A stretch of 64,000 nt of DNA. It comes from Octopus sinensis (taxonomy: Eukaryota). Of the stretch, positions 1-10,709 are shown one piece after another. The DNA is taken from assembly GCF_006345805.1 (NCBI RefSeq), contig NC_043000.1:4216001-4280000 (forward strand), read 5' to 3'. Both the position numbers and the translations under genes were made by a program. Under the pieces are notes generated by a model. It did no database searches and was not told the DNA's origin. It saw only the letters and a program-made list of their open reading frames with translations. Every line of letters starts with the position of its first letter. Within the stretch, counting starts at the first letter, position 1.

Positions 1-58
1 GTTAAAATATGGTATGTCTTTTCTTGCCATTGTTATCAAAACTATATATATAACTATA

Positions 59-637
59 TACAAAATTAAGAGGAATGACCACTAAAGTGGACACCTAATA
101 TGCTAAACATAGATGTCAAATCACCATTACCACAAAGAATGTGTTCTCAAGAAAAATCTCAGCAAAATGCCTCAGCATACCAAAGTGAAGACATTTGAAA
201 AATATACCCAAATACAATTTGTAGAACATTATACATGCTCAATTTCGGTTGAGCTTTCTGCATCTAGTTCTGGAAATTGTGTTTTGTTAGTGACAGACCA
301 CGCTGACGATCTTGCAGATATCTGCATATTTGGATATGTAGATATTAACAAGTTAAACCATTGGTACATAGGTAATCATTTTTTATTTTGTATATTTTCA
401 TTTGTCTTGCTCATTTTTACATTTTGGCGTTTTGCTGAGAATTTTCTTGAGAACACATTCTTTGTGGTAATGGCAATTTGACATCTATGTTTAGCATATT
501 AGGTGTCCACTTTAGTAGTCATTCTTCTTAATTTTGTATGTAATGCAATTTTTAATCTTTGGATTTTTTAAATATGCTAAGCCACTGCTTTTAATTGATT
601 AATATCAATTTCTACCCTTATTATTTAATTTTATATA
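59..637. mobile_element. Fold-back element (arms ~59-170 and ~427-540, plus ~95-bp unique tail) flanked by (TA)n; probable Penelope-like element terminus
   Basis: caaaattaagaggaatgaccactaaagtggacacctaatatgctaaacatagatgtcaaa... is the reverse complement of ...tttgacatctatgtttagcatattaggtgtccactttagtagtcattcttcttaattttg. Arms and tail are homologous to 58905-59218. The spacer holds a hammerhead-like motif. Confidence 0.7.
297..373 (+). ncRNA. Degenerate type I hammerhead ribozyme motif (G12 replaced by U)
   Basis: accacg-CTGACGA-tcttg[hairpin atatctgcatat/atatgtagatat]caagt-TAAA-ccattgg-TA-cataggt. Stems I, II and III can be formed by eye. Confidence 0.55.
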
Positions 638-826
638 TCATCATCATCATCATCATCGTTTAACGTCTGCTTTCCATGCCAGCATGGGTTGGACGATTTG
701 ACTGAGGGCTGGTGAACCAGATGGCTGCACCAGGCTCCAATCTTGATCTGGCAGTGTTTCTACAGCTGGATGCCCTTCCTAACACCAACCACTCCGAGAG
801 TGTAGTGGGTGCTTTTTACGTGCCAA
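638..826 (-). mobile_element. RTE-type LINE 3' tail (5'-truncated)
   Basis: (CAT)n-cgtttaacgtc...catgggttggacg...ctggatgcccttcctaac. The same tail follows the RTE ORF end at 15440-16350. Confidence 0.8.
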
Positions 827-838
827 GTACATGATTTA

Positions 839-938
839 GTTCCCTATGCATGTTTCACCATCGTGGTTATTTGCATCCTCTGCAGTGGATGTTCATAGAA
901 CATTTGGATGCAGATCCACAATGTTTCTTCAGGGGAAC
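839..938 (-). ncRNA. Near-intact type I hammerhead ribozyme
   Basis: Minus strand: GTTCCC-CTGAAGA-a acattgtgg..tgcatcc..ggatgca..ccacgatggt-GAAA-catgca-TA-GGGAAC. Perfect 6-bp stem I, long stem II, one mismatch in stem III. Confidence 0.7.
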
Positions 939-1409
939 ACTTACTTACATAATGTTAACACAGAGTAAATAGATGGCAAAACGTTTTGGATAGACGGCAA
1001 AACATTTTGTAAGCACATCAAAAGGGAAATTGAGACAACAAGAGAGAAGAAAAGGAAAGGAAGAGAGAGAGAGAGAGACACACTCACACAAACAAACACA
1101 CATATACACACATATGCATCAAGCAATGCCACAGACATACACATGCAGTGCTGGACGCTTACAGTACCATGTATATACACATATGTATATCCAATTTACC
1201 ATACGTCTACATCACGCTTATTGATATTATCTTCTACCCTATACAAATATATAAACCCAAGAGTATATTTACTGACATATGACACGTCTATTTTTATATA
1301 ACAATATGCCAAGTTTATACCTTTATTACAATGTCCAGTAGACTATGCTCCAATACCCAAAATAAACCAATGATACCTGCCAAAATTTAATGGACACAAA
1401 TTTCACATC

Positions 1410-1596
1410 TCTTCTCTCTTTTCTATTTTACTTGTTTCAGTCATTTGACAGCAACCATGCTGGAGCACCACCTTTAGTTGAGGAAATTGACCCCCAGGAC
1501 TTATTCTTTGGAAGCCTAGTATGGGGACGTAAACAAACTACCATCCATCAGTTGTCAAGCAATGTTGGGGGGACAAACACAGATACACAAACATAT

Positions 1597-1644
<48 letters not shown>

Positions 1645-1957
1645 TCATCATCATCATCATTTAATGTCCGTTCTCCATGCTAGCATGGGTTGGATGGTTT
1701 TGACTGAGGGCTGGCAACCAGATGGCTGCACCAGGCTCCAGTCTTGATCTGGATATATATGTATATATATATATATATATATTCATATATACGACGGACT
1801 TCTTTCAGTTTCCGTCTACCAAATCCACTCAAAAGTCTTTGGTTGGCCCAAGGCTATAGCAGAAGACACTTGCCCAAGGTGCCATGCAGTGGGAATGAAC
1901 CCGGAACCATGTGGTTGGTAAGTAAGCTACTTACCACACAGCCACTCCTGCACCTAT
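1410..1957 (-). mobile_element. tRNA-derived SINE family A, interrupted by an RTE tail (1641-1753)
   Basis: Minus-strand head ggtgcaggagtggctgtgtggtaag...ggttccgggttca, 3' end gactgaaacaagtaaaa, internal TA/CA tract. Confidence 0.85.
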
Positions 1958-2053
1958 ATATGGAATTCTCAGTTAAAAATTAAAAACATATCAATGAAAA
2001 CAGAATATAATGTCTAAGGAGTTCATGGAATTTTTCATTACTTTATATTAAGA

Positions 2054-3485
2054 CTAGCAGTATCGCCCGGCGTTGCTCGGGTTTGTAAGGGAAATAACTA
2101 TATAAGCATTTTTAGTGAGTTATAGCAAAAAAATAGCAAAAAAATGGATTAAAAATGGAATAAAAAATGATGGTAATTTTTTTTTAATCGTTGACTCATC
2201 GTAGACATTTTTAGAGAGTTACTTCCCTTATATAATAGCGAAAAATGCATTAAAATGGAATAAAAAATGATGTTAAATTTTTTTTTAAATCGTAGACTCA
2301 TTGTAGATGCGCGCTAATATCCAGAAGGGATCAATATGAATCACGACTATAAGATACCCGGTTTTGGTTAAACTGCACCGCAAAATGTGGGAGTAGTTAG
2401 GAATCTAAATCGTAGGAGACAGACACACAACCTTACTTTTATATATAAAGATTTGTGCAACAACTAAAACATTCGGTTGTGCAAATTGTTTGCACAGGAA
2501 ACCTGCCTTGTGTGGCGGTAATTGCCATTTTTGTGGATCTGTTTCAGCTTTTTTAGCGATTTCTGTTTTGGCGACTTCAAGCCATGAAGTCGTTGTTCTA
2601 AAAGAACGCTGGTCTCCTTGACAACGCATTACGACGTTGATTTCCTTACACTCCCTTCCCCACAGCTTCACGAGGGAGGGAAGAAGGGGGAGAAGCAAAC
2701 ACAGGTGCAGGTGTTTGAGCGTGGACGCCAACTTCGCCGCCATCGACACACGAAAAATTATGCATTAAAATGGAATAAAAAATGATGTTAAATTATTTTT
2801 AAAATTGTAGACTCATCGTAGACGCGCGCTAATAGCCAGACGGGCTCGATATGAATCACGACTATAAGATACCTGGTTTTGGTTAAACTGCACCGCAAAA
2901 TGTGGGAGTAGTTAGGAATCTAAATCGTAGGAGACAGACACACAACCTTACTTTTATATATAAAGATTTGTGCAACAACTAAAACATTCGGTTGTGCAAA
3001 TTGCTTGCACAGGAAACCTGCCTTGTGTGGCGGTAATTGCCATTTTTGTGGATCTGTTTCAGCTTCTTTAGCGATTTCTGTTTTGGCGACTTCAAGCCAT
3101 GAAGTCGTTGTTCTAAAAGAACGCTGGTCTCCTTGACAACGCATTACGACGTTGATTTCCTTACACTCCCTTCCCCACAGCTTCACGAGGGAGGGAAGAA
3201 GGGGGAGAAGCAAACACAGGTGCAGGTATTTGAGCGTGGACGCCAACTTCGCCGCCATCGACACATGAAAAATTATGCATTAAAATGGAATAAAAAATGA
3301 TGTAAAATTATTTTTAAAATCGTAGACTCATCGTAGACGCACGCTAATAGCCAGACGGGCTCGATATGAATCACGACTATAAGATACCTGGTTTTGGTTA
3401 AACTGCACCGCAAAATGTGGGAGTAGTTAGGAATCTAAATCGAAGGGGACAGACACTCACACAACTACAGTTTTATATATATAGA
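2054..3485 (-). mobile_element. Non-autonomous Helitron with internal ~515-bp tandem units
   Basis: Minus strand starts A|TCTATATATATAAAA (3485) and ends with the hairpin cccgagcaacgccggg followed by CTAG|T (2054-2057). ORF-track duplicates 2405-2749 and 2920-3264 are offset by 515. Confidence 0.8.
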
Positions 3486-3633
3486 TGTTGAAATCATTCT
3501 CTTGCTGACCATTGACTTGTTAAGACTAATGTGGGTTTCACACCCAGCACTCTGTGATGCCTTGCAATCGCTTCAACCTGTATTAATGATACAGAGGTGT
3601 TGATGCTTCTCTCGTATACATGTTCAGAAAAAT

Positions 3634-3892
3634 ATCATCATCGTCGTCATCATCATCATCGTTTAACGTCCGTTTTCCATGCTAGCATGGCTTGGTCGGT
3701 TCGACCGGGGTCTGGGAAGCTAGAAGGCTGCACCAGGCTCCAGTCAGATCTGGCAGTGTTTCTACAGCTGGATGCCCTTCCTAATGCCAACCACTCTGTG
3801 AGTGTAGTGGGTGCTTTTTACGTGCCAGGCGAGGCTGGCAACGGCCACGATCGGTTGGTGCTTATTACGTGCCACCGGCACAGAAACCAGTT
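3634..3892 (-). mobile_element. RTE-type LINE 3' tail
   Basis: Same (CAT)n-cgtttaacgtccgttttccatgctagcatgg family. Confidence 0.8.
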
Positions 3893-4949
3893 AAGATTTC
3901 TGCTATCTATTGTTGCCAAATTTCATCTCTCTCTCTCTCTGTTAGTAAAAGAGGTCATTGAGATTTTAGCCAAGTGTGTGGATTCACAATGATAGAAAAA
4001 TAGTTTGAACATGAATCAGAGACTGTGATGGTTATTAAATGAATAAAAGAATTTATGGGATATCTCCTTAAAGACTGGCCATACAACTGAAGCATGGAGA
4101 CCAGAAATAATTATAACAGACAAAGTGTAAACGTACAAACTTTGCAATAACATATAGCTTAGTGGGCAACAATTGTTGCCCACTGAATGACCCTAAAGCT
4201 GCGGGAATGGAGGAGGATCCTCCGGATGAAGCTGAGGTGCCACGCCCTCCAATGGCAAAGAGGAGAAAAAGAAAAAGAAAAAGAACGGGACATTGCCAGC
4301 ATCCCTGAAATTTTTGATGGTACACTGCCAGCATCCCTGAAACTTTGTCAGTGGGAAGTGTACCACTGACAGAGGAAACTGTGACCCCTCCCAGAGTGAT
4401 GAGAGATGATTTTGTTATCTTCTTCCATATGGGAGGGGCAATACAGAACTTCTTAAGGAGGCTAGAGGGCTGGAGGGAAGAGCCCATGCCCTGGACTGAA
4501 GACCCAGATTGGCCTCCACAGGTGACTACTGAGGTCATATCAGAAGTTGATATGTTCACGGTGATGGACTCCTTCCCGAAGAACCAGTTTATGTTCACCT
4601 TCTGGGGCCCCGACCTCGAGCTGGAGCATTGCCTACGGGAGGCATTCGGCCTGGTCAGGGAGGAAGGATAAAGAGGCTTTAGTGCCTGAATGTTTATTGT
4701 ATGTAAGAGGCTCAGCACCTCAATTTGTAATGGACTATTTATTATAAGAACTGAAGTAAGAGGTTTAATACTTCGTTTTGTTTTTTCCTGTGTAAAAAAA
4801 AAGAATAATGTTTTAGAGAAGCAAATAATCGGCGGGCGTTTTTTGTCTTCTCTCATCAATATCAACCTTTTTCATCATTCATCTCATCAATGTTTCTGTC
4901 CAGCCCGCAAGCTACTCTGTGTCGTGCCTTTATGGCAAAATTTTGAAAT

Positions 4950-5190
4950 AATATAGCTTAGTGGATACCAAAGAAATCAAGGAAACTGAGAAATGCCTGA
5001 ATCCAGCCAGAGAGAAAAATAGATTGTGGAAGATAAAGGTGACAGTTGTTCCTGTGGTAACTGGTGCACTTGGAAAAACAACTAAAATGCTGTCTAAGAG
5101 GTTGAAGGATATTGGAATTAAGACCATGCATTGTTTACCTGCAGAAAAAGTTCCATCCTGTTTTCTGCGAGAATCCTAAAATTTTGAAAC
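4950..5190 (+). mobile_element. R4/Dong-clade LINE C-terminal remnant
   Basis: RLWKIKVTVVPVVTGALGKTTK matches the RLE C-terminal W..K..VVPVVxGALG motif also seen in 10709-11517. Confidence 0.7.
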
Positions 5191-5204
5191 CAGTGATTTC
5201 AGGG

Positions 5205-5335
5205 TAGAGAGTAAGTTGATTACATTGACTGCTGTTTTCACCTGGTACCTATTCTATCAACCCTGAAAGGATGGACAGCAAGGTCGACCTTGGAGAATTT
5301 TGAACTCAGAATGCAAAGACGGTGAAATACTGATA
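5205..5335 (-). mobile_element. Meta-domain-like SINE fragment
   Basis: ggtacctattctatcaaccctgaaaggatgg...aggtcgaccttgg...gaactcagaatg. Confidence 0.7.
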
Positions 5336-5418
5336 ATGATTCTTCCAGCTCACCACCTTAATAATAATGATGATGATGATAATAATAATAATAACAATAA
5401 TAATAATGATAATAATAA

Positions 5419-5460
5419 AACACTCGACGAGAAATGGAAGAAAATTTGAAGAAAGAAGGA

Positions 5461-5462
<2 letters not shown>
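5419..5462 (+). mobile_element. Extreme 3' tip of a Dong-like LINE inside (TAA)n
   Basis: aacactcgacgagaaatggaagaaaatttgaagaaagaagg matches the 3' end at ~11640-11685. Confidence 0.7.
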
Positions 5463-5528
<66 letters not shown>

Positions 5529-5530
5529 TT

Positions 5531-5830
5531 CTGGAAATAGAGTTAACTTGAATGAGGAACCTAAAAACAGAAACAATTCCTATCATAGTAGGTACCTTAG
5601 GCATGATAAAAAAACATTCAGACAAATACATAACAAAAACAGCAGGACTTACAAGTATATATAACATACAGTAAATAGCACTGTTAGGTACTGCACACAT
5701 CCTACGTAAAACACTTTCAATACATTGAAAATAAGAGCATCACAACAAACCTCAGCATATACCCAAGGCACACATATCTGCGCACGGTAGCGCAGTGAAA
5801 GCACATGATAAAAATAAGGCTATTGAATAA
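5531..5830 (+). mobile_element. Second Dong/R4 family, 3' fragment inside (TAA)n
   Basis: Translates LEIELT*MRNLKTETIPIIVGTLGMIKK...IALLGTAHILRKTLSIH*, paralogous to the C-terminus of 10709-11517. Confidence 0.8.
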
Positions 5831-5843
5831 TAATATAATAATA

Positions 5844-5900
<57 letters not shown>

Positions 5901-5901
<1 letters not shown>

Positions 5902-6111
5902 TTCTACTAAAGATACAAGGCCTGAAATGTTGGGGGATGGGACTAGTCGAATACATCGACCCCAGTGTTTCACTGGTACTTAATTTATCAACCCTGAAAG
6001 GATGAATGGTAAAGTTAACCCTGGCAGATTTTGAACTCAGAATGTTAAGATGGATGGAATACTGCTAAGCATTTTGCCCAGCGTGCTAATGATTCTGCCA
6101 GCTTGCCACCT
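5901..6111 (-). mobile_element. Meta-domain-like SINE, (ATT)n-tailed variant
   Basis: tttctactaaagatacaaggcctgaaa...cactggtacttaatttatcaaccctgaaaggatgaa...ctgccagcttgccacc. Its tail merges with the upstream (TAA)n. Confidence 0.8.
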
Positions 6112-6132
6112 TGAAAATAGTTATAATAATAT

Positions 6133-6363
6133 ATTTCTTTATTGCCCACAAGGGGCTAAACATAGAGGGGACAAACAAGGACAGACAAAGGGATTAAATC
6201 GATTACATCGACTCCAGTGCGTAACTGGTACTTAACTTATCGACCCCGAAAGGATGAAAGGCAAAGTTGACCTCAGCGGAATTTGAACTCAGAACGTAAC
6301 GGCAGACGAAATATGGCTACGCATTTCACCCGGCGTGCTAACGTTTCTGCCAGCTCGCCGCCA
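6133..6363 (-). mobile_element. Meta-domain-like SINE
   Basis: Minus-strand head ggcggcgagctggcagaaacgttagcacg, central gcctttcatcctttcggggtcgataag..aagtaccag. Confidence 0.85.
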
Positions 6364-6879
6364 AGATGAAGAGCATGATTCGATTGTAAGATGGTTGATT
6401 GATGCAGGAGGTTTATTCCACATTTTGACAATTTTGAGCCTGGAAACACATTTCTGAAGGTCATGGGGTGCAGTACGGTTCTTTCTTTCTCTTTATTCTC
6501 TTGAGTATTCACTTTTTGTTCTTTCATTGTTAAATGAGGTCACCTTACCTGACATTTTCATCTTTTCCAAATTCAGTAAATTTCAATCTAAATAAAATAT
6601 CTTACAATCGAATCGTGCTCTTTGTCTTGACTGTTTACCTTTGTGAAGAGTTATGTCAATCCTTTTTAAAATATAATAATAATGATATTAATAATTATAA
6701 TAATTATGAGCTTGTTGTAGAGTGCTCAAATGCACAACTCATGAGAATAGGGCAAAAAAGGAGATAGACAGTTGCACTATGTCAAATGAAGAAAGATGAC
6801 AATGAAAGCCAAAAGTGTATAAACAGTTCACAAAATAAAGAATAAAAAGACAAAAAAGTGAGCAACAAAAAAGCCATAA

Positions 6880-7030
6880 AGAGGAAAGGGTGTATAGGTA
6901 CAACAAGGAAGTATTGGCAATTTCTAGAAAGTATGGAATTTTTTAAGGAGACACTGCCCTATCATCTAATATCTGATGCAGGTGGTTTATTCCACATTTT
7001 AACAATTTTGTGCCTGGAAACACACTTCTC
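6880..7030 (-). mobile_element. CR1-like LINE 3' remnant (partly duplicated at 6400-6570)
   Basis: Minus frame HKIVKMWNKPPAS resembles the CR1 C-terminal RVVxxWNxLP motif. Confidence 0.5.
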
Positions 7031-7694
7031 TTGAGTATTCATTTTTTGTCCTTTCATTGTTAAATGAGGTCACCTTACCTGACATTTTCATCTTTTCCAA
7101 GTAATAAGTAGACCTCACCTTTATTTTTAGATTTCCTTGGTTCGTGGAAGACAATTTCCTTGGTTTTACTCACATGGGTATGAAAAGTAATAAACGTATA
7201 CAAATTCAGGAAATATCAATCTAAAATCTAAGGAATGGTAAGTAATGAGATGTGATTGCTTTTGATGTGATTATTAATTGATTTATACAACTTCAGATCA
7301 TCCTTAAAGAAATGGTGAGATTAAGGATATCTATTTCTGAAAACAAATAAATAAATAAATAAAAGAATCACATCTTCTGAGAAAGTGTGCTAATAGATCT
7401 AACCAAAGTACAAAGAGCAGTGCGTTTTGATTATGCTTTAATATCAGATTTTATTAGTCTCTTTATTACTTCTCAAAAGACATTGCTGTATTATGACTTA
7501 ACTCAGAGATGAATGGTAATTACTAATGGTTGTGGAACTTTGGAGACATATATAAATGTACGTAGCTTCTTTTCCGTTTTTAATTATCTAAATTCTTCTT
7601 CTGAGGAAGGAACTGATTTCTAACAATGACACAAAGCTCCATCGTTGGAATGTAGGTAAAAGACAAAAATCACATTTTAAACTTGGAGAAAAGT

Positions 7695-7925
7695 GTTGCC
7701 GTCTTGACTGGCTTCTGTACCGGTGGCACGTATAAAGCACCAACTGATTGTGGTCATTGCCAGCCTCCTTTGGCCCCCTGTGCTGGTGGCACATAAAAAG
7801 CACCCTCTACACTCTCGGAGTGGTTGGCGTTAGGAAGGGCATCCAGCTGTAGAAGCACTGCCAGATCAGAACCGTCCAACACATGCCAGCATGGAAAACG
7901 GACGTTAAACGACGACGACGACGAT
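7695..7925 (+). mobile_element. RTE-type LINE 3' tail
   Basis: ggttggcgttaggaagggcatccagctgtag...ggaaaacggacgttaaacgacgacg. Confidence 0.8.
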
Positions 7926-8354
7926 ATACATATGTATGTATGTATCTATTTATATTATTATTCAGTATAATTTCAAGATTTTTTGCCAAAAGAGAAAGAG
8001 CTGGTTTCTAACTAAGATCCAAAGCTCCTTCAGTGGAATTTCAACAAAATAAACAGGAAATTTTTTGCATGTATGTGTGTATATGTGCAGATTTCTATGT
8101 TTCGTTTTATGTATGTATTTTCATACATATACTTATATGTCTACACATGTAAATATATACTTAAATGATAAATTTCTGAAGTTTTACAGATTTTTACAGT
8201 TCCATGTATGTATGTACATATGGATGGATGGATGCATGCACGAATGAATGTATGTTCTTGGTTTCACCTTTCGAATTATTTCTCACTAATGGAGAGAGAG
8301 CTAGAAACAAAAACACTTCCATAGAAATTTAGACGCCATCAGATAAGCTTATAT

Positions 8355-8586
8355 GTTTCTTTATTACCCACAAGGGGCTAAACATAGAGGGGACAAACAA
8401 GGACAGGCAAACAGATTAAGTCGATTACATCGACCCCAGTGTGTAACTGGTACTTAATTTATCGACCCCAAAAGGATGAAAGGCAAAGTCGACCTCGGCG
8501 GAATTTGAACTCAGAATGTAATGGCAGACGAAATACAGCTACACATTTCGCCTGGTGTGCTAACGGTTCAGCCAGCTCGCCGCCTT
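8355..8586 (-). mobile_element. Meta-domain-like SINE
   Basis: Full-length match to 6133-6363. Confidence 0.85.
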
Positions 8587-8902
8587 AGATAGGCTAATCT
8601 TCGGTACATGTACACACATGTATGCATAAACATATATATATGTGCACAAGCAAAAATGGGAAGGGCATTACAGTTGTGGATCATATTATATACTGAACTT
8701 TGTGGATGTTTTACATACTTTGACAGGATTGTTGGCAGCTTGCTGCTGTAATCTTCTGATTAGTTGCATTCTTTTTGGTTTTGTGAATCTCAGCATCTCA
8801 AGATTGGTGCTGAGGCAGTTAGCCATGCAGCCAAGTACTTCAATAATTATTGAAATTATTTTAAGTTATAGTCTGAATAGAATACTTGCAGATTCTTCAT
8901 CA

Positions 8903-9315
8903 TTGGTGGTGAGCTGGCAAAAACATTAGCACGCCAGGCGAAATGCTTAGCGGTATTTCATCTGCCACTACATTCTGAGTTCAAATTCTGCTGAGGTTGA
9001 CTTTGCCTTTCATCCTTTCAGGGTCAATTAAATAAGTACCAGTTACGCACTGGGGTCGATATAATCGACTTATTCCGTTTGTCTGTCCTTGTATGTCCTC
9101 TCTATGTTTAGCCCCTTGTGGGTAGTAAAGAAATAGGTATTTCATCTGCTGCTGTGTTCTAAGTTCAAATTCCGCTGAGGTTGACTTTGCCTTTCATCCT
9201 TTCGGGGTCGATTAAATAAGTACCAGTTATGCACTGGGGTCGATATAATCGACTTAATCTGTCTGTCCTTGTCTGTCCCCTCTGTGTGTAGCCCCTTGTG
9301 GGCAGAAAAGAAATA
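8903..9315 (+). mobile_element. Meta-domain-like SINE with duplicated 3' half and a 13-bp TSD
   Basis: TSD agattcttcatca at 8890-8902 and 9316-9328. Confidence 0.9.
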
Positions 9316-9867
9316 AGATTCTTCATCAGTTTACTATAAATGTCTTCTTTTGCATTATGTTGACATCTGCAGGGAAATTGATTTCAACTACTGTGCATTG
9401 GTTCTTTACTTTGTGCCATATCATTATGTCAGATCTGTTGTGCTTGCATTTTATTGAAGTCTTTTCAAAGACAATAGTCTTTGAAATCACCTGTAGTTAC
9501 ATGCTCTGCATCAACGTAGCTTCTTATATTTGTCACTTCAGGATTTTCCATTCCACATATTTCATTACACAGTGTTCTAGTCACATTTCATAAATAGGTA
9601 ATATTGTGAGGACATTTTCAGGAAGCTATCCATTTATGATGTGGGTGACATCTCTGATATTGATTCAACAAAGCCTGCATCGGTTGTCACATCTAAGTGG
9701 TTTATCTGCATCCCTATCCTTTTTATATATCAGTTTTGCAGTCATTTCCTGCTCTTGATTTGCAAAAATCATATCCTTGAAAACGGGAAGTAATATCTGG
9801 TTATGAGTCAAGATTAGACTACCCTGGATGTCAATGCTGCTATCACTTTGAAGCCTTCCAGAAATAT

Positions 9868-10086
9868 AGGTTTCAAATATTGGCACAAGGCCACTAAGTT
9901 TCAGGGGAGGGGTAAGTCATTACATCAACCCCAGTGCTCAACTGGTACTTATTTTATCAATCTCGAAAGGATGAAAGACAAAGTCAACCTTAGAAGCATT
10001 TGAACTCAGCACATAACAATAAATGAAATGCTGCTACGTATTTTGCCTGGCATGCTAATAGTTCTGCCATCGTGCTGGGTTAAACT
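9868..10086 (-). mobile_element. Meta-domain-like SINE with a 12-bp TSD
   Basis: TSD ttccagaaatat at 9856-9867 and 10087-10098. Confidence 0.8.
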
Positions 10087-10172
10087 TTCCAGAAATATTG
10101 CCATGCATAAACTTCTGTTGGTTTGTATGCAACCATTCTTCAGATCACTTGTTGCAGTAGAGTTGTGCAGCT

Positions 10173-10406
10173 AAGGTGGTGAGCTGGCAGAAACATTAGC
10201 ATACCGGGCGAAATGCTTAGCGGTATTTCATCTGTCATTATGTTCTGAGTTCAAATTCCACCAGGGTCGACTTTGCCTTTCATCCTTTCGAAGTCGATAA
10301 GTTAAGTACCAGTTACACATTGGGGTCGATGTAATCGACTTTAATCCCTTTGTTTGTCCTTGTTTGTCCTCTCTATGTTTAGCTCCTTGTGGGCAATAAA
10401 GAAATA
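10173..10406 (+). mobile_element. Meta-domain-like SINE with a 14-bp TSD
   Basis: TSD agagttgtgcagct at 10159-10172 and 10407-10420. Confidence 0.9.
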
Positions 10407-10653
10407 AGAGTTGTGCAGCTTTTCTGGGTGTATGTCTTAAATCATTCATCAGGGAATACTCTCTGAGAAACTCCTTTCTAAGTCTTATGATAATACCTGC
10501 TACATGTATGCAGATTTGATCCATGGCAGGACTTCAACATTTGATGGTTCGTAGATGTTGTCGAAGGGATATGACACAACAATCAAAGTTGCATATACTG
10601 CCTCAGTATATGCAACTATAATAATAATGATAATAATAATAATGATAATAATA

Positions 10654-10708
<55 letters not shown>

Positions 10709-10709
<1 letters not shown>

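Larger units (their letters stand above)
8690..10620 (-). mobile_element. Old, fragmented RLE-type (R4/NeSL-like) LINE interrupted by three SINEs
   Basis: Minus-strand pieces CRLC...DVTHIING, KCKHNRSDIMIWHKVKNQCTVVEISFPADVNI (RPD..E motif) and IISIIIEVLG...VKVCKT. Confidence 0.65.

Noticed and set aside
2405-3264. Duplicated 114-aa ORFs
   Set aside because: They fall within Helitron tandem units, cross the internal terminus, and show no recognisable domain.
7644-7665. miR-1-like TGGAATGTA
   Set aside because: Only the seed region matches, there is no hairpin, and the segment is a dispersed repeat also present at ~36890-36985.
8006-8040. Hammerhead-like CTGAAGG...GAAAC on the minus strand
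   Set aside because: Core mismatch and weak stems; too degenerate to call.
10555-10708. N-terminus of the 320-aa ORF as real protein
   Set aside because: It is read-through of flanking DNA and the (TAA)n array.
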